This document shows, one piece after another, positions 32,501 through 42,174 of a DNA stretch of 45,072 nt (positions are counted from its first letter, which is position 1; every line of letters begins with the position of its first letter). The translations under genes and the position numbers were made by a program. The stretch spans positions 1 through 45,072 of the forward strand of contig JACPCX010000180.1 in the NCBI GenBank assembly GCA_016184305.1, in the 5' to 3' direction. The notes beneath the pieces were generated by a model, which was not told the DNA's origin, made no database searches, and saw only the letters and a list, made by a program, of their open reading frames with translations. The stretch comes from Candidatus Rokuibacteriota bacterium. Lineage in GTDB: Bacteria > Methylomirabilota > Methylomirabilia > Rokubacteriales > CSP1-6.

Positions 32501-32688
32501 GCCGGCCGCTCAAAAAGGCCCAGATGCAAGGCGGCGCCCGACGGCCGCACGCGAGGCGTACTCCGCTTGGGGAGCCGAGCCGGAGGCGAGACGAGCGGAT
32601 CCGGAGATCCGGGCGAGCGTGAGCGAGCCACGTCGAGCGCGCGGCCGAGGGCGCCAACGAAGCAGATGGGCCTTTATCGGCGGCCGGC
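32501..32688. repeat. MITE/REP-like element with imperfect 27-bp terminal inverted repeats
   Basis: GCCGGCCGCTCAAAAAGGCCCAGATGC versus reverse complement of GCAGATGGGCCTTTATCGGCGGCCGGC, 22/27 match; between convergent genes, abuts thiolase stop. Confidence 0.75.
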
Positions 32689-33833
32689 TACAGCCGCTCG
32701 ATGATGGTGCCAATCCCCTGCCCGAAGCCGATGCACATGGTCTGAAGCCCGAAGCGCTTCCCTCGCCGCTCGAGCTCGTGCAGCAGCGTCGTCATGAGGC
32801 GCGCGCCGGAGCACCCGAGCGGATGACCGAGCGCGATGGCCCCGCCGTTGACGTTCACCCGATCCATGTCAGGGTGAAGCTCCCGCTCCCAGGCCAGCAC
32901 CACGGAGGCGAAGGCCTCGTTGATCTCGAAGAGGTCCATCTGCTCGAGCTTGAGCCCGGCCTTCCTCAGCACGCGCTGCGTCGCCGGGATCGGTCCGGTG
33001 AGCATGATGGCCGGGTCCACGCCGGCCAGCGAGGTGGCCACGATCCGGGCGCGGGGAGGGAGCCCGAGGGCCTTGGCCCGCGCTTCGGACATGATCAGGA
33101 GCGCCGCGGCGCCGTCCGAGATCTGGGAGGAGTTCGCGGCCGTGACGACTCCGTCGGACTTGAACGACGGCGCCAGCGCGGCCATCTTCTCCCGGTTCAC
33201 CGGCACGCGCACCCCCTCGTCCGTGTCGAACACGCTGCCGTCGGGCAGCGTGAGGGGCGCGATCTCCCGCGTGAAGCGCCCCTCGGCGATGGCCCGGCCC
33301 GCCTTCTCGTGGCTCCGGGCGGAGAAGTCGTCGAGATCCTCGCGCTTGAGCCCCCACCGCTCGGCCACCATCTCGGCGGAGAGCCCCTGCGGGATGATGG
33401 TGTAGAGGGCCTGGAGCCGCGGGGACAGCGGCCCCTCGCCGGGCCCTGAGCCGTCCGACCCCATGGGCACCCGGGTCATGTTCTCCACCCCGCCTGCGAT
33501 CACGCACTCGTACTGCCCGGCCATGACGCCCATGGCGGCGAAGTTCGCGGCCTGCTGTCCGGAGCCGCACATCCGGTCGAGCGTGGTCCCGCAGACATCG
33601 AGCGGGAAGCCGGCGATGAGGGCGGCGTTCCGGGCGATGTTGAAGCCCTGCTCGCCGACCTTGCTGACGCAGCCGATCACGACATCCTCCACCTCGGTGG
33701 GATCGATCCTGGTGCGCTGCACGAGGGCCGTGAGGGTGTCGGCCAGGAGATCGTCCGGTCGCACCCCGGACAGCGTTCCGTTCTTCCGCCCCACCGCGCT
33801 CCGCACCGCTCCGACGATCACCGCGTTCTGCAT
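32688..33833 (-). CDS. acetyl-CoA acyltransferase (thiolase)
   Basis: DRMCGSG, NSSQISDGAAA, EINEAFA, NGGAIALGHPLG, TMCIGFGQG. Confidence 0.93.
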   Translation of the reverse strand: MQNAVIVGAVRSAVGRKNGTLSGVRPDDLLADTLTALVQRTRIDPTEVEDVVIGCVSKVGEQGFNIARNAALIAGFPLDVCGTTLDRMCGSGQQAANFAAMGVMAGQYECVIAGGVENMTRVPMGSDGSGPGEGPLSPRLQALYTIIPQGLSAEMVAERWGLKREDLDDFSARSHEKAGRAIAEGRFTREIAPLTLPDGSVFDTDEGVRVPVNREKMAALAPSFKSDGVVTAANSSQISDGAAALLIMSEARAKALGLPPRARIVATSLAGVDPAIMLTGPIPATQRVLRKAGLKLEQMDLFEINEAFASVVLAWERELHPDMDRVNVNGGAIALGHPLGCSGARLMTTLLHELERRGKRFGLQTMCIGFGQGIGTIIERL

Positions 33834-33855
33834 GAGCGCCTCCCTGTCCCCCGGA

Positions 33856-34794
33856 TCACTGAGATGGGTCGCCACTCGGGCGCGTCAGCGGGGTGCTGCG
33901 GCGCTTGACCTGGTCGGCGAGCTTGCAGAACGCGCAGATCTCGCCCGTGGTCACCTGACCGCAGGACGCACACTCCGTGAGCTGGACATCCTGCCCGCGC
34001 TCGAAGGCGGGCCGCGCCTTTTCCAGGAAGCCGAAGAGGAAGTTGTGCTTGACGCCCGGCGAGGCGGCCTCCAGCCGGTTGAGGGCCTCCTTGTGCGCCA
34101 GCGAGGTCGCGCCCGCCGCGAAGGGGCACTCCTCCACGATGTAGTCGATCCCCCGCAGGAAGGCGAAGGCCGCCGTCTCCAGCTCCGAGAGCCGGTACAG
34201 CGGCTTCACCCGGCGGACCAGCTTGGGGTGCGTGGAGGCGAGCGCCGGCGACTGGCGCGACAGGGCGTCGGTTTGCCAGTGCATCACCGAGCCGAACAGC
34301 GTGGCTGCCTCGTCGTCGAGGTTGTGGCCGGTGGCCACGACCACGAACCCGTGGGTCAGGGCGGCACGGTTCATCAGGTAGCGCTTGCTCAGCCCGCAGG
34401 CCGAGCAGGTCGGTCGCCGCGTGGCCTTCTGGACCTCCGGGATCGGCGCGCCGATGGCGGCGTCCACGCGCTCGATCAGGAGCCGCTGGCGGCGCGCCGC
34501 CGCGAAGGCCTCGCACTTCTCCCGGGACTCCCGCGAGTAGTCGAAGATGCCCAGGTCCAGGTACAGGCCGACGGTCGGATACCCCTCCTCGATGAGCACG
34601 TCCCAGAGCGCCAGCGAGTCCTTGCCGCCCGAGACGGCCACCATCACGGTCTCGTCCGGGGTGAACATCCGGTAATGATGGATCGCCTCGCGCACCTGCT
34701 TCCGGAAGAACTCGGTGAAGTGAGGCACGCAGAACGCGGCGTTGTGGCGGCGCAGGTCGAGCGCCGCTGACTCTCCGCACTTGCGGCACTTCAT
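33856..34794 (-). CDS. ttuA: tRNA 2-thiolation protein TtuA (PP-loop, Fe-S/Zn)
   Basis: CRKC...C..H zinc finger, SGGKDS, CSACG..KRY, TGHNLDDEA, EECP, C-terminal CASC...CAFC; coupled to a sulfur carrier gene. Confidence 0.85.
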   Translation of the reverse strand: MKCRKCGESAALDLRRHNAAFCVPHFTEFFRKQVREAIHHYRMFTPDETVMVAVSGGKDSLALWDVLIEEGYPTVGLYLDLGIFDYSRESREKCEAFAAARRQRLLIERVDAAIGAPIPEVQKATRRPTCSACGLSKRYLMNRAALTHGFVVVATGHNLDDEAATLFGSVMHWQTDALSRQSPALASTHPKLVRRVKPLYRLSELETAAFAFLRGIDYIVEECPFAAGATSLAHKEALNRLEAASPGVKHNFLFGFLEKARPAFERGQDVQLTECASCGQVTTGEICAFCKLADQVKRRSTPLTRPSGDPSQ

Positions 34795-35003
34795 GGCCTG
34801 TCCTCCCGCCCGCCGCCCGAGATCACGGGACGCAGCTCGATCACGTCCTCGTCCCCGACGACGGCGTCGCCTGTCAGGAGCTCGGAGCCGCGGATGACGA
34901 GCACGGTCTCCGGCAACACCTCGAGCTCCTTGAGCAGCTCCTTCACGCGGCGCCGGCCGGCGATCTCGACCTCCCGCTTCGGGTAGCGGAGGATGACCTT
35001 CAT
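34791..35003 (-). CDS. ttuB: TtuB/ThiS/MoaD-like ubiquitin-fold sulfur carrier
   Basis: MKVILRYPKREVEIAG...ETVLVIRG...IELRPVISGG plus 6-residue tail; ATGA overlap with ttuA. Confidence 0.8.
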   Translation of the reverse strand: MKVILRYPKREVEIAGRRRVKELLKELEVLPETVLVIRGSELLTGDAVVGDEDVIELRPVISGGGREDRP

Positions 35004-35026
35004 GTCTGGGACGCGGCCGGGCCCGC

Positions 35027-35566
35027 TCAGCGCGCCGGGAAGCCAGGCGTCGACTTCAAGGTGCGCAGCTGCCGGAGATGATCGGCGTCGTGCCAGGCCT
35101 GGAGCTGCCACCACTGCGACAGGTCCATCTCTCCGAACGTCGCGTGGGTCCAGGTCAAGCGGCGGAAGTCCACCGCCCCCATCCGCTCGATGGATTGCCG
35201 GCTCCGCTCCCGCGCGGTCTTGAAGTCGGCCACGAGCTGCCCGATGGGATGCCCGCTCTCGGGGCGAACGCCCGGAGGCGCCTCGGTGGGGCCCGCAACC
35301 CGCGACGGCAGCGGGCGCAGCGCCGTCAGGTCCGCAGGATACGCAGCGAGCCCGGGGCCCGCCTCCTTGAGGAGCTTGGAGGTGAGCTTGCCGGTGCCGA
35401 CCTCGGCGAGCATGAGGTGATGGATGATCTCGCCGGCCGACCAGTCCGCGTCGCCCGGACGCCAGTCGGCCTGGGCCTGGGAGCACCCTTCCACCTCCTT
35501 CAGGATGTCGGCGCGCACGGACTGCAGCTCGTTCCACAGAGTCTCGACCGGGGGCGGCAGGGGCAT
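35027..35566 (-). CDS. DinB superfamily protein
   Basis: WSAGEIIHHL, HATFG, WHDADHLRQL histidine triad; AAGGAG RBS. Confidence 0.85.
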   Translation of the reverse strand: MPLPPPVETLWNELQSVRADILKEVEGCSQAQADWRPGDADWSAGEIIHHLMLAEVGTGKLTSKLLKEAGPGLAAYPADLTALRPLPSRVAGPTEAPPGVRPESGHPIGQLVADFKTARERSRQSIERMGAVDFRRLTWTHATFGEMDLSQWWQLQAWHDADHLRQLRTLKSTPGFPAR

Positions 35567-35604
35567 GGGGCTCTCCTTGAGCGAGGGGTGGCGATGCGCA
35601 CTTG

Positions 35605-35633
35605 ATTATAGCCGCCACCCTGGCGCGAGACAA
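35605..35633 (-). promoter_or_regulatory. sigma70 promoter for the dinB-ttuB-ttuA-thiolase operon
   Basis: Minus strand TTGTCT (35633-35628), 17-nt spacer, TATAAT (35610-35605). Confidence 0.7.
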
Positions 35634-35682
35634 TCAACGGCTGGTTGCCGCGGCGCATGCATGGTACAAGAAAGCGATCGCC

Positions 35683-36112
35683 ATGAGCGTCCCGCCAGCG
35701 CCCGGTCCCCCGACGCCGCATCCGTCGTCCCGCATGCCCTGGCGAACAGCCTCCACGCGGCCGATCTACGAGAACCGCTGGATCACGGTGCACGAGGACA
35801 TCGCCGAGCTGCCCGACGGCAGCACCACGATCTACGGCGTCGTCCAGTGCGCCGAGTGCGTGGGCATCCTCCCGTTCGTCGACCGCGACACGGTCCTGCT
35901 GGTCGGCCAGTACCGCTACGTGGCCCGGGACTTCTACTGGGAGATGCCGACGGGCGGCCAGCACGGCGGCGAGACGCTGGAGGAGGCGGCGCAGCGCGAG
36001 CTCAGCGAGGAGGCGGGCTACGAGGCCGGCCGCCTCGTCAAGCTCTGCGACTTCCACACCTCCAAGAGCATCCTTCGCGGTGCTCCACGCCGCCAGGCTG
36101 CGAGGCCGGTAG
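35683..36112 (+). pseudogene. NUDIX hydrolase (ADP-ribose pyrophosphatase-like) with frameshifting deletion near 36078
   Basis: QYRY and Nudix box GGQHGGETLEEAAQRELSEEAGY; similarity stops at SKSILR; plausible native end AVLHAARLRGR-TAG (36110-36112) is in another frame. Confidence 0.65.
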
Positions 36113-36116
36113 CCCC

Positions 36117-36614
36117 GTGGACCTCACGCCCGTCACGCTCCGGGGCCGGCACATCACCCTCGAGCCCATCGAGGAGCGGCATGCGCCTGACCTCTTCGAG
36201 GCCATGAAGGACGAGGAGGTATGCCGCTACCTGGCCTGGGCGCCGCCGGCGCGGATCGAGGAGACGCTCGCGCTGGTGCGCCAGGCCCGGGAGCAGATGG
36301 AGCGGCGGCAGACGATCGTCTTCGCCCAGGTGTGGAACGAGACGGGCCGCGCCATCGGCTCGACGCGCCTGCTCGACGTGCGCCCGGCCGACCGCCAGGT
36401 GGAGATCGGCTCCACCTTCCTCGCGCGGGGCTACTGGCGCACGCCCGCGAACACCGAGAGCAAGTACCTCTTCCTCCGCCACTGCTTCGAGACGCTCGGC
36501 TGCATCCGGGTGGCGCTGAAGACGGACGGCCGGAACCTGCGGGCGCAGGAGGCCATCGCCCGCCTCGGCGCCATGCGCGAGGGGACCTTGCGCAAGCACA
36601 TGAACGTGAGGGGC
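36117..36614 (+). pseudogene. RimJ/RimL-type GNAT acetyltransferase, 3' truncated
   Basis: IGSTR, VEIGSTFL...WRTPANTESKYL, RVALKTD.RN.R.QEAI.RLGA.REG.LRKH; expected final strand/helix absent, frame runs on into unrelated sequence. Confidence 0.7.
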
Positions 36615-36692
36615 TGTGCAGGCCCGTCTTGCCGCCCGACTGGCAGAGTGAGCGGCCCCGGGCCGATGCCTGCCCTCGGTGTCAGGTCCGGA

Positions 36693-37040
36693 ATCCGGGA
36701 GGTGACCTACCAGTCCATCCTGCAGGCCCGGCGGCGGGAGCTTCACGCGCGCATCGGCGCGGCCATCGAGGCGCTGCACGCCGACCGGCTCGAGGAGTGG
36801 AGCGAGGAGCTGGCGCGCCACTACGAGCGCTGCGAGGTGTGGGAGAGGGCCGCCCACTTCTGCCGGCTGGCCGGGGACCGAGCCGCCGCCCTGTGCGCGG
36901 ACGACAAGGCCGTGGAGCTGTACGAGCGGGCGCTGGCGGCGCTGGGCCGCGTGCCGGAGACGCCCGAGACAGGCCGTGCCGGGATCGACATCCGGCTCGC
37001 GCTGCGCGCGCCGCTCTGGCGCCCTGGGCTGCTCGATCGT
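36693..37040 (+). pseudogene. internal fragment of an AAA-ATPase/TPR (cyclase- or LuxR-associated STAND-type) protein
   Basis: IREVTYQSILQARRRELHARIGAAIE...ELARHY...AGDRAA...YERAL post-ATPase helical pattern; no ATPase domain and no own start. Confidence 0.65.
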
Positions 37041-37513
37041 TCTGTTCCGCGAAGCGGAAGGCCGCGCGACCCGGCACGGCGAAACGGAGCGGCTCGACCC
37101 TGCCGCCACCGCTCGCCTCCTTCCCGACGCTGCTGGCCTTCCCAGGGGCCGGGCCATGGTTCCCGGGCGGACCGGATGTCCGTCGCTGCCCGTTGGCCCC
37201 CGTTGCCCCGCGGAGATGACGTTAGTGGCCAGGTGTCAGCATTCCTCGGTCACTTTGAACGCTGAATCACTGGAGAGTGGCGGGACCTACCGGTCACCGA
37301 GAGAGCGTCGGCCACCGGGTCCGAGCACCGCGTTTCGTAAGACTCTTTCGGGCGCCACCGTTCCTTTCGGCGATCCGGTTGCTTGATCACACCGACCGCG
37401 AGGTCATGGCACTTCAGCTGACCGAGGGATGGTGGCACTTGGCCAGTCTGGGCGTGCCGGCGGATCGGGGCCCACGCGATCTGGCTCGGCCTGCACCTCT
37501 ACCTTGCTCGCGT

Positions 37514-39580
37514 CTAGTTCAATCCCAAAGCCATGATCACGGCGCGGGTCGGCGAGTCGTAGAACTGCCACTGGATCTTGGTGAGGACGGAATCCGGGAC
37601 CTCGGCCACGTCGCGCTTATTCTCGCTGGGAATGAGGATGCGCTTCGCGCCCGCCTCGACCGCGAGTTGCATGCGCTCCGGAAGGCCGTTCACCTTGAGC
37701 AGCATCCCCTGGACGCTCATCTCGCCGAGGACGACTGTCTGCTCGAGAACCGTCTTTTCGAGCAGCGCCGAGACCATCGAAACGAAGAACGCGACGGCCG
37801 TCTCGCTCCCCTCCTTGGCCTGGTTCAGGTTGATGGCCTGGACGGAGAAGTCGTACTCCTTCGGCTCGCGCTCGATCCCGAGGTTCTTGAGGTTTGCCTT
37901 GAGGTAGGCATCGGCGGTCTTGATCGCCTCCTTCATCGTCCCGGACAGGTTGCCCAGCGGGATGATGCGCCCGGATCCCCGGTTGGTCTGAGTCTGAATG
38001 AGGAACAGCGCCAGCTTGCGATCAGCGGTGTCCGTCCCGATGGTGTAGACGGAGCCGGGTGGCAAGGGGCCCTGGACGATGAGCGAGCCCCCCCCGCTCT
38101 CCGGCACGGTGACGTAGCGTTCCTGCCCGCTGTCCCGCTCCAGGTAGGAGAAGCTCGTGTCCCAGTATTCGAGCCCGGCGATTTTCTTCAGCTGCTCCTT
38201 GACGCGACGGCGCATCTCCATGGCGAATTCGACGTACTCGCGCAGCTCGTCGCGGAACACTTCGCCGTGAGGGTTGAGCAGCTTGATGAGGCCCGACACG
38301 GTCTTCCGGACCGCCTTCTGATCGCGACCGGACAGGTGCGTCCCGAACCGCAAGTCGCGCTCGGCGTAGTCGGCGTAGCTCTGCTTGCGCAGCTCGCGGA
38401 AGACCTCGGCAAGGTAGTCGGTCACGAGGCCGAAGTGGCTGGTGTACGTCTCGTCTCGCGTCTTCTGAAGCTCCCACCCCGGCAGGTAGACGTGGATACG
38501 GTCATAGAACGCGGCGTCCATCTCCCGCGGCATCGGATAGAAGAGGTGCGAGGTCTTGACGATAGTGCCGATGTCACCGTCGAGGTTGCCCACGAAGACG
38601 ACGGAGCCTGCGGCGTTGATGATGTCGCTTCCCCGACTGAACGCGCCGTCCTCCATGTACCCCTTCATGATGTTGATGCCGTTCTTGTCCTTGAAGCTGA
38701 CGCCAGCGGCTTCGTCGAAGGCGACGACGTCCCAGAGGCACACGAGGCCCCGCTGGCCGGTCGCGAGGTTGACGAACATTTGCGCGACGGTGGTCTGCCC
38801 CCCGGAAATCAGGTGGCAATAGGGGCTGATCTGCTGGTAGACGAAGCTCTTTCCGGTGCCTCGCGGTCCAAGCTCGACCAGGTTGAAGTTCTTCTCCACC
38901 AGGGGCAGGAGCCGCGCGAGGTAGAGAAGCTTGCGCCGGTGCGTGAAGTAAGAATGGCTCGGCTCATAGCCGAGGCTGCGGAGCAGAAGATCGATCCACT
39001 TGTCCCGATCGCCCACCCGCTTGCGGCCTTCGATGAAGCTGGCCACGTCGCGGTTCGAGAGCTGGATCGGGCGGATCTTGTCGATGAAGAACGGCCTGTT
39101 CTGGCCCTTGAAGACGAAGCTGTCGTCGTAGCGGAGGGTCACCTCGGCCCAGATGCCGCCCATCAGGAGCCGGTCGTGGCGGCGGATCTCCGTCTGGTCG
39201 ATGTTGACGTAGTCGATGCTCAGGTTGGCCAGGTGGGCCCAGTACTTGTCGTGCGTCTCGACCAGAGTCACCCCGATCTTGTCGATGATCTCGTACGTGG
39301 AGTGCTGCTTGATGGCGCTCTTGACCCGCTCGCGCTCGTCGGGCTTTACGAACTTCTCCGAGAGGGTCTGCCGGACGAACTCCAGGCCCTCGCGGATGAC
39401 CTCGTCGTCGGTCGAGGAGCAGTACTTGCCGAGGAGGAACTCGATGACGAAGGCCGGCACGCCGAAGGCGCTGCGCATGCGGCGGAGGAGGTCCTTGCGG
39501 ACCACCAGGCCAGGGAAGAGGTCCACCGCGAGGGTGTCCAGCTCGTCGAGGGGTGTGGCGTGTGTCATGGGAGTCCTCAC
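37514..39580 (-). CDS. brxL: BREX Lon-related AAA+ protein BrxL
   Basis: FPGLVVRKDL...VPAFVIEFLLGKYC, ELGPRGTGKS, WDVVAFDE, MKGYMEDGAFSRG, AFYDRIH, LSGRD, C-terminal Lon-like domain; start 39580 or 39568. Confidence 0.92.
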   Translation of the reverse strand: MRTPMTHATPLDELDTLAVDLFPGLVVRKDLLRRMRSAFGVPAFVIEFLLGKYCSSTDDEVIREGLEFVRQTLSEKFVKPDERERVKSAIKQHSTYEIIDKIGVTLVETHDKYWAHLANLSIDYVNIDQTEIRRHDRLLMGGIWAEVTLRYDDSFVFKGQNRPFFIDKIRPIQLSNRDVASFIEGRKRVGDRDKWIDLLLRSLGYEPSHSYFTHRRKLLYLARLLPLVEKNFNLVELGPRGTGKSFVYQQISPYCHLISGGQTTVAQMFVNLATGQRGLVCLWDVVAFDEAAGVSFKDKNGINIMKGYMEDGAFSRGSDIINAAGSVVFVGNLDGDIGTIVKTSHLFYPMPREMDAAFYDRIHVYLPGWELQKTRDETYTSHFGLVTDYLAEVFRELRKQSYADYAERDLRFGTHLSGRDQKAVRKTVSGLIKLLNPHGEVFRDELREYVEFAMEMRRRVKEQLKKIAGLEYWDTSFSYLERDSGQERYVTVPESGGGSLIVQGPLPPGSVYTIGTDTADRKLALFLIQTQTNRGSGRIIPLGNLSGTMKEAIKTADAYLKANLKNLGIEREPKEYDFSVQAINLNQAKEGSETAVAFFVSMVSALLEKTVLEQTVVLGEMSVQGMLLKVNGLPERMQLAVEAGAKRILIPSENKRDVAEVPDSVLTKIQWQFYDSPTRAVIMALGLN

Positions 39581-42174
39581 AGGTTCCGTGCGACGGTGAG
39601 GCGGAGGCCGGCGGGCGAGAGCAGCTCCTGGTTGTCGACATCGCGGACCACCAGGTCGAGCAGATCCCCCTGCGCGAAGGAAAGCTTGTCGTCAAGCAGC
39701 AAGACCACGGTCGTGGCCTGCGCCAGGTCTGGCACGATCTCCTTGCGCACGGGCCTGACCAGCACGCTTGCGTCCTGTCGCCGGAGATCGACCTCGACCG
39801 TCCGGCCAAGGATCCGGATGAAGAGATCCACGCGCTCCGGCGGGAGCGGCTCGAGGATCACCTTCACGGCGTGAGTCTTCACCTCGTAGGCGGCGGGCAG
39901 CACACGGATGCCGACGCGCTCCGGGACCGTCTCCTTGCGGGAGACGAGGTGGGGGATCACGACCTCCTGCACGGCGACGCCGCCGTGGGCGAAGGACTTC
40001 TCCTCCTTGAAGCACGCCATTCCGGGCGGGACGGCGACGCGGACCGTGGGATCGAGCGGGAAGGGGAAGGTCTTGGCGTCGACGACCGCTCCCTCGACGA
40101 GGATCGCGTAGCGCGCCTTCGCGACGAGGGCGCGGTCGGCCGCAATGGGCACGACGGGGGGCGTCACCTCATCGCTGGTCATCACGAACCCATGGTCCGT
40201 GAGGAGGTGGACCTCCGGGTAGCCCCACTTGTGGAGCTTGCCGATGAGATTGACCAGACGCTCGACCTCGACGTGGAGGTGTCGGATGAGGTCGCTCGCG
40301 TTGTCGTGTCCGAGGCTGTCGATGGTCTCGTGCCCGAAGACGCAGAGGACGTCCGGCAGCGGCTTGGGCGGGCGGGGCGCATCCTCCGCTTCCTTGATCT
40401 CCATGCACGTCGCGCCGACGCGCTCGCGCAGGAACTGCAGGCGGGTCTGCCGATCGGAGAAGTTGGCGCCCGTCTTAGCGCTCCGAAGTCGCCCCTCGCC
40501 CGGCCCTGGCTCGTAGCGCAGCTCCTCGCCGCCGAGCGGCAAGAGGGCCGTCATCCCGACCCACGTGTGCGTGGGGATGCACGCCAGCGCCGGGGCGAGC
40601 GCCGACTCGGGCAGGTGCAGCCTCTCGCGGATGTCGAGCGCGCAGTCGTAGCGGAGCGCATCGACGATGACCACGGCGAAGGGGCGGCGGCCGCTCCACA
40701 CGCCGGCCACGATATCAGTGATCGCCGGAGCTCCCCCGATAGCCCAGGCATCAAAGCCGCGCAAGGCTTCAAAGAAGACGCTGTTCAGGCTCGTCAGGTA
40801 CTCGCCGTAGGCACGGTTGGCGACGGCGACGACCTCCTCGAGGTCGGACTCCCGCGCGGCATCGGCCACGAGGCGCCAGTGGGCCCGATCGACACGCCCC
40901 GCATAGCCGAGGTACAGGCGCACGATCTCCTCGGTGGTCGTGCAGGCGCGTGCCTTCTCTACGGCTTCCTCGCACGCAATGGCGAGCAGGGCAAGGCGGT
41001 GCAGGATCTCGAACCCGCGGACCGGCTCCGGGCTCGCGCGGGTGAAGTCGGCCTCGGCGCCGAGCTCCTTGGCACGCTCTCACAGGAGCGGGAGGTACTG
41101 GCTCTTCTGCCGTGCCGCGTCACGGAACTGGTCGTAGAAGGTGCGGAAGCGAAGGCGCGTGAGGTGGGGGAAGGCGAACGAGGTACCGGCGCGCCCCTTC
41201 GCCCAAGTCGAGAGATCGTGGTCGCGCTCGACCCGCCGGACCAGCCGGTGGTAGTCAGCCGCGGCCGAGCCGTCCTTCAGCCAGCGCCTCAGGAACTGCA
41301 CGTAGCGCGCGCGGTAGGGTGGATCCGGAAGCACTGACGCGAAGGGGAAGTCGGTCGGTTCGCCGTAGGCCTCGTAGGTCTCGGTGAGTGCCAGGCGCAG
41401 CACGAGGTCGGCCAGCCACTCGTCCATCACCAGGTCCGGCGGGAGGCCAGGCTGCGAATCCGGCAGCGGGGCGGGGCGGGAGAAGCCGAACGCGTCCCGC
41501 ACCTGCTGCACGAACTCGCCGAGGAGCCCATCCTGGACGAGCTGTGCAAGCCGCTCGGCAGGATCGGCGGCGAGGTCGAGGATGGCTTGCTCGACGTCGC
41601 CCACGACCTGTTGCCGGGCCCAGGCCGGCGTCAGCGCGTGCTCCCAGAATCGGGCATCGCGCTCCGCGAAGCGGGCGGCGAACTTGGCGAGGAGGGAATC
41701 GCGGCCTCCATCCCAGAGCACGCGCTGCTCCTTCGGGTCGCTGGGGAGCTTGACGCCCGCCCGGCGCAGGAAGGCGAAGAGCGTCGGCTTCTTGCCGTCC
41801 ACCAGCCAGGTGGCTCCGAGGTACCGGTACTCGAGGAGGAAGTCGGCCGAGAAGCCGCCTTCTTCCTCCGGACCGTCGAGCCTCTCCGCCGGGAACGGCA
41901 GGTAGAGCACGTACCGGCGCGCCTCGCGCTCCGCAGGCGGAAGATCGCGGGTCGTCCAGTGGATCTGGTGCTTCATCCAGAGCTGGCCGTGGCTAGCCTT
42001 CTCCTCGTAGCGGAGCAGCGTGAACGGCGGCGTCTTGAGGGAAAACAGGTGCTTCTCGATCGCGGGGAGGAGCCGCTCGAACTCGCGCTTCTCGTCGAAC
42101 CAGAGCGCGATCCGGGCCTGGGCATGCCGCCCGAAGAGGGCCCGGAACTCCTCGGTGAGCGCGGCGAGGATCAT
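39577..42174 (-). pseudogene. pglZ: BREX alkaline-phosphatase-family protein PglZ interrupted by one in-frame TGA at 41082-41080
   Basis: ORFs 41080-42174 and 39577-40923 share a frame with a single stop between them; VIVDALRYD, PTHTWVGMTALLP, IDSLGH, TDHGF, FAHGG...QEVVIP. Confidence 0.85.

Noticed and set aside
35424..37265. 613-aa ORF as a single novel protein
   Set aside because: It is an off-frame run over the NUDIX gene plus a truncated GNAT, an ATPase fragment and a low-complexity tail.
37600..37830. BrxL Lon domain lacking the canonical GPSAG/Lys dyad (KEGSETA, LPERM)
   Set aside because: Divergence of the Lon-like domain is common in BrxL, so it is not distinctive.
41050..41082. 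Selenocysteine recoding of the pglZ TGA
   Set aside because: The site is in a helical, non-catalytic region with no Cys-type motif; only a 4-bp hairpin (CTCG-GCGC-CGAG) follows, which is not a convincing SECIS.
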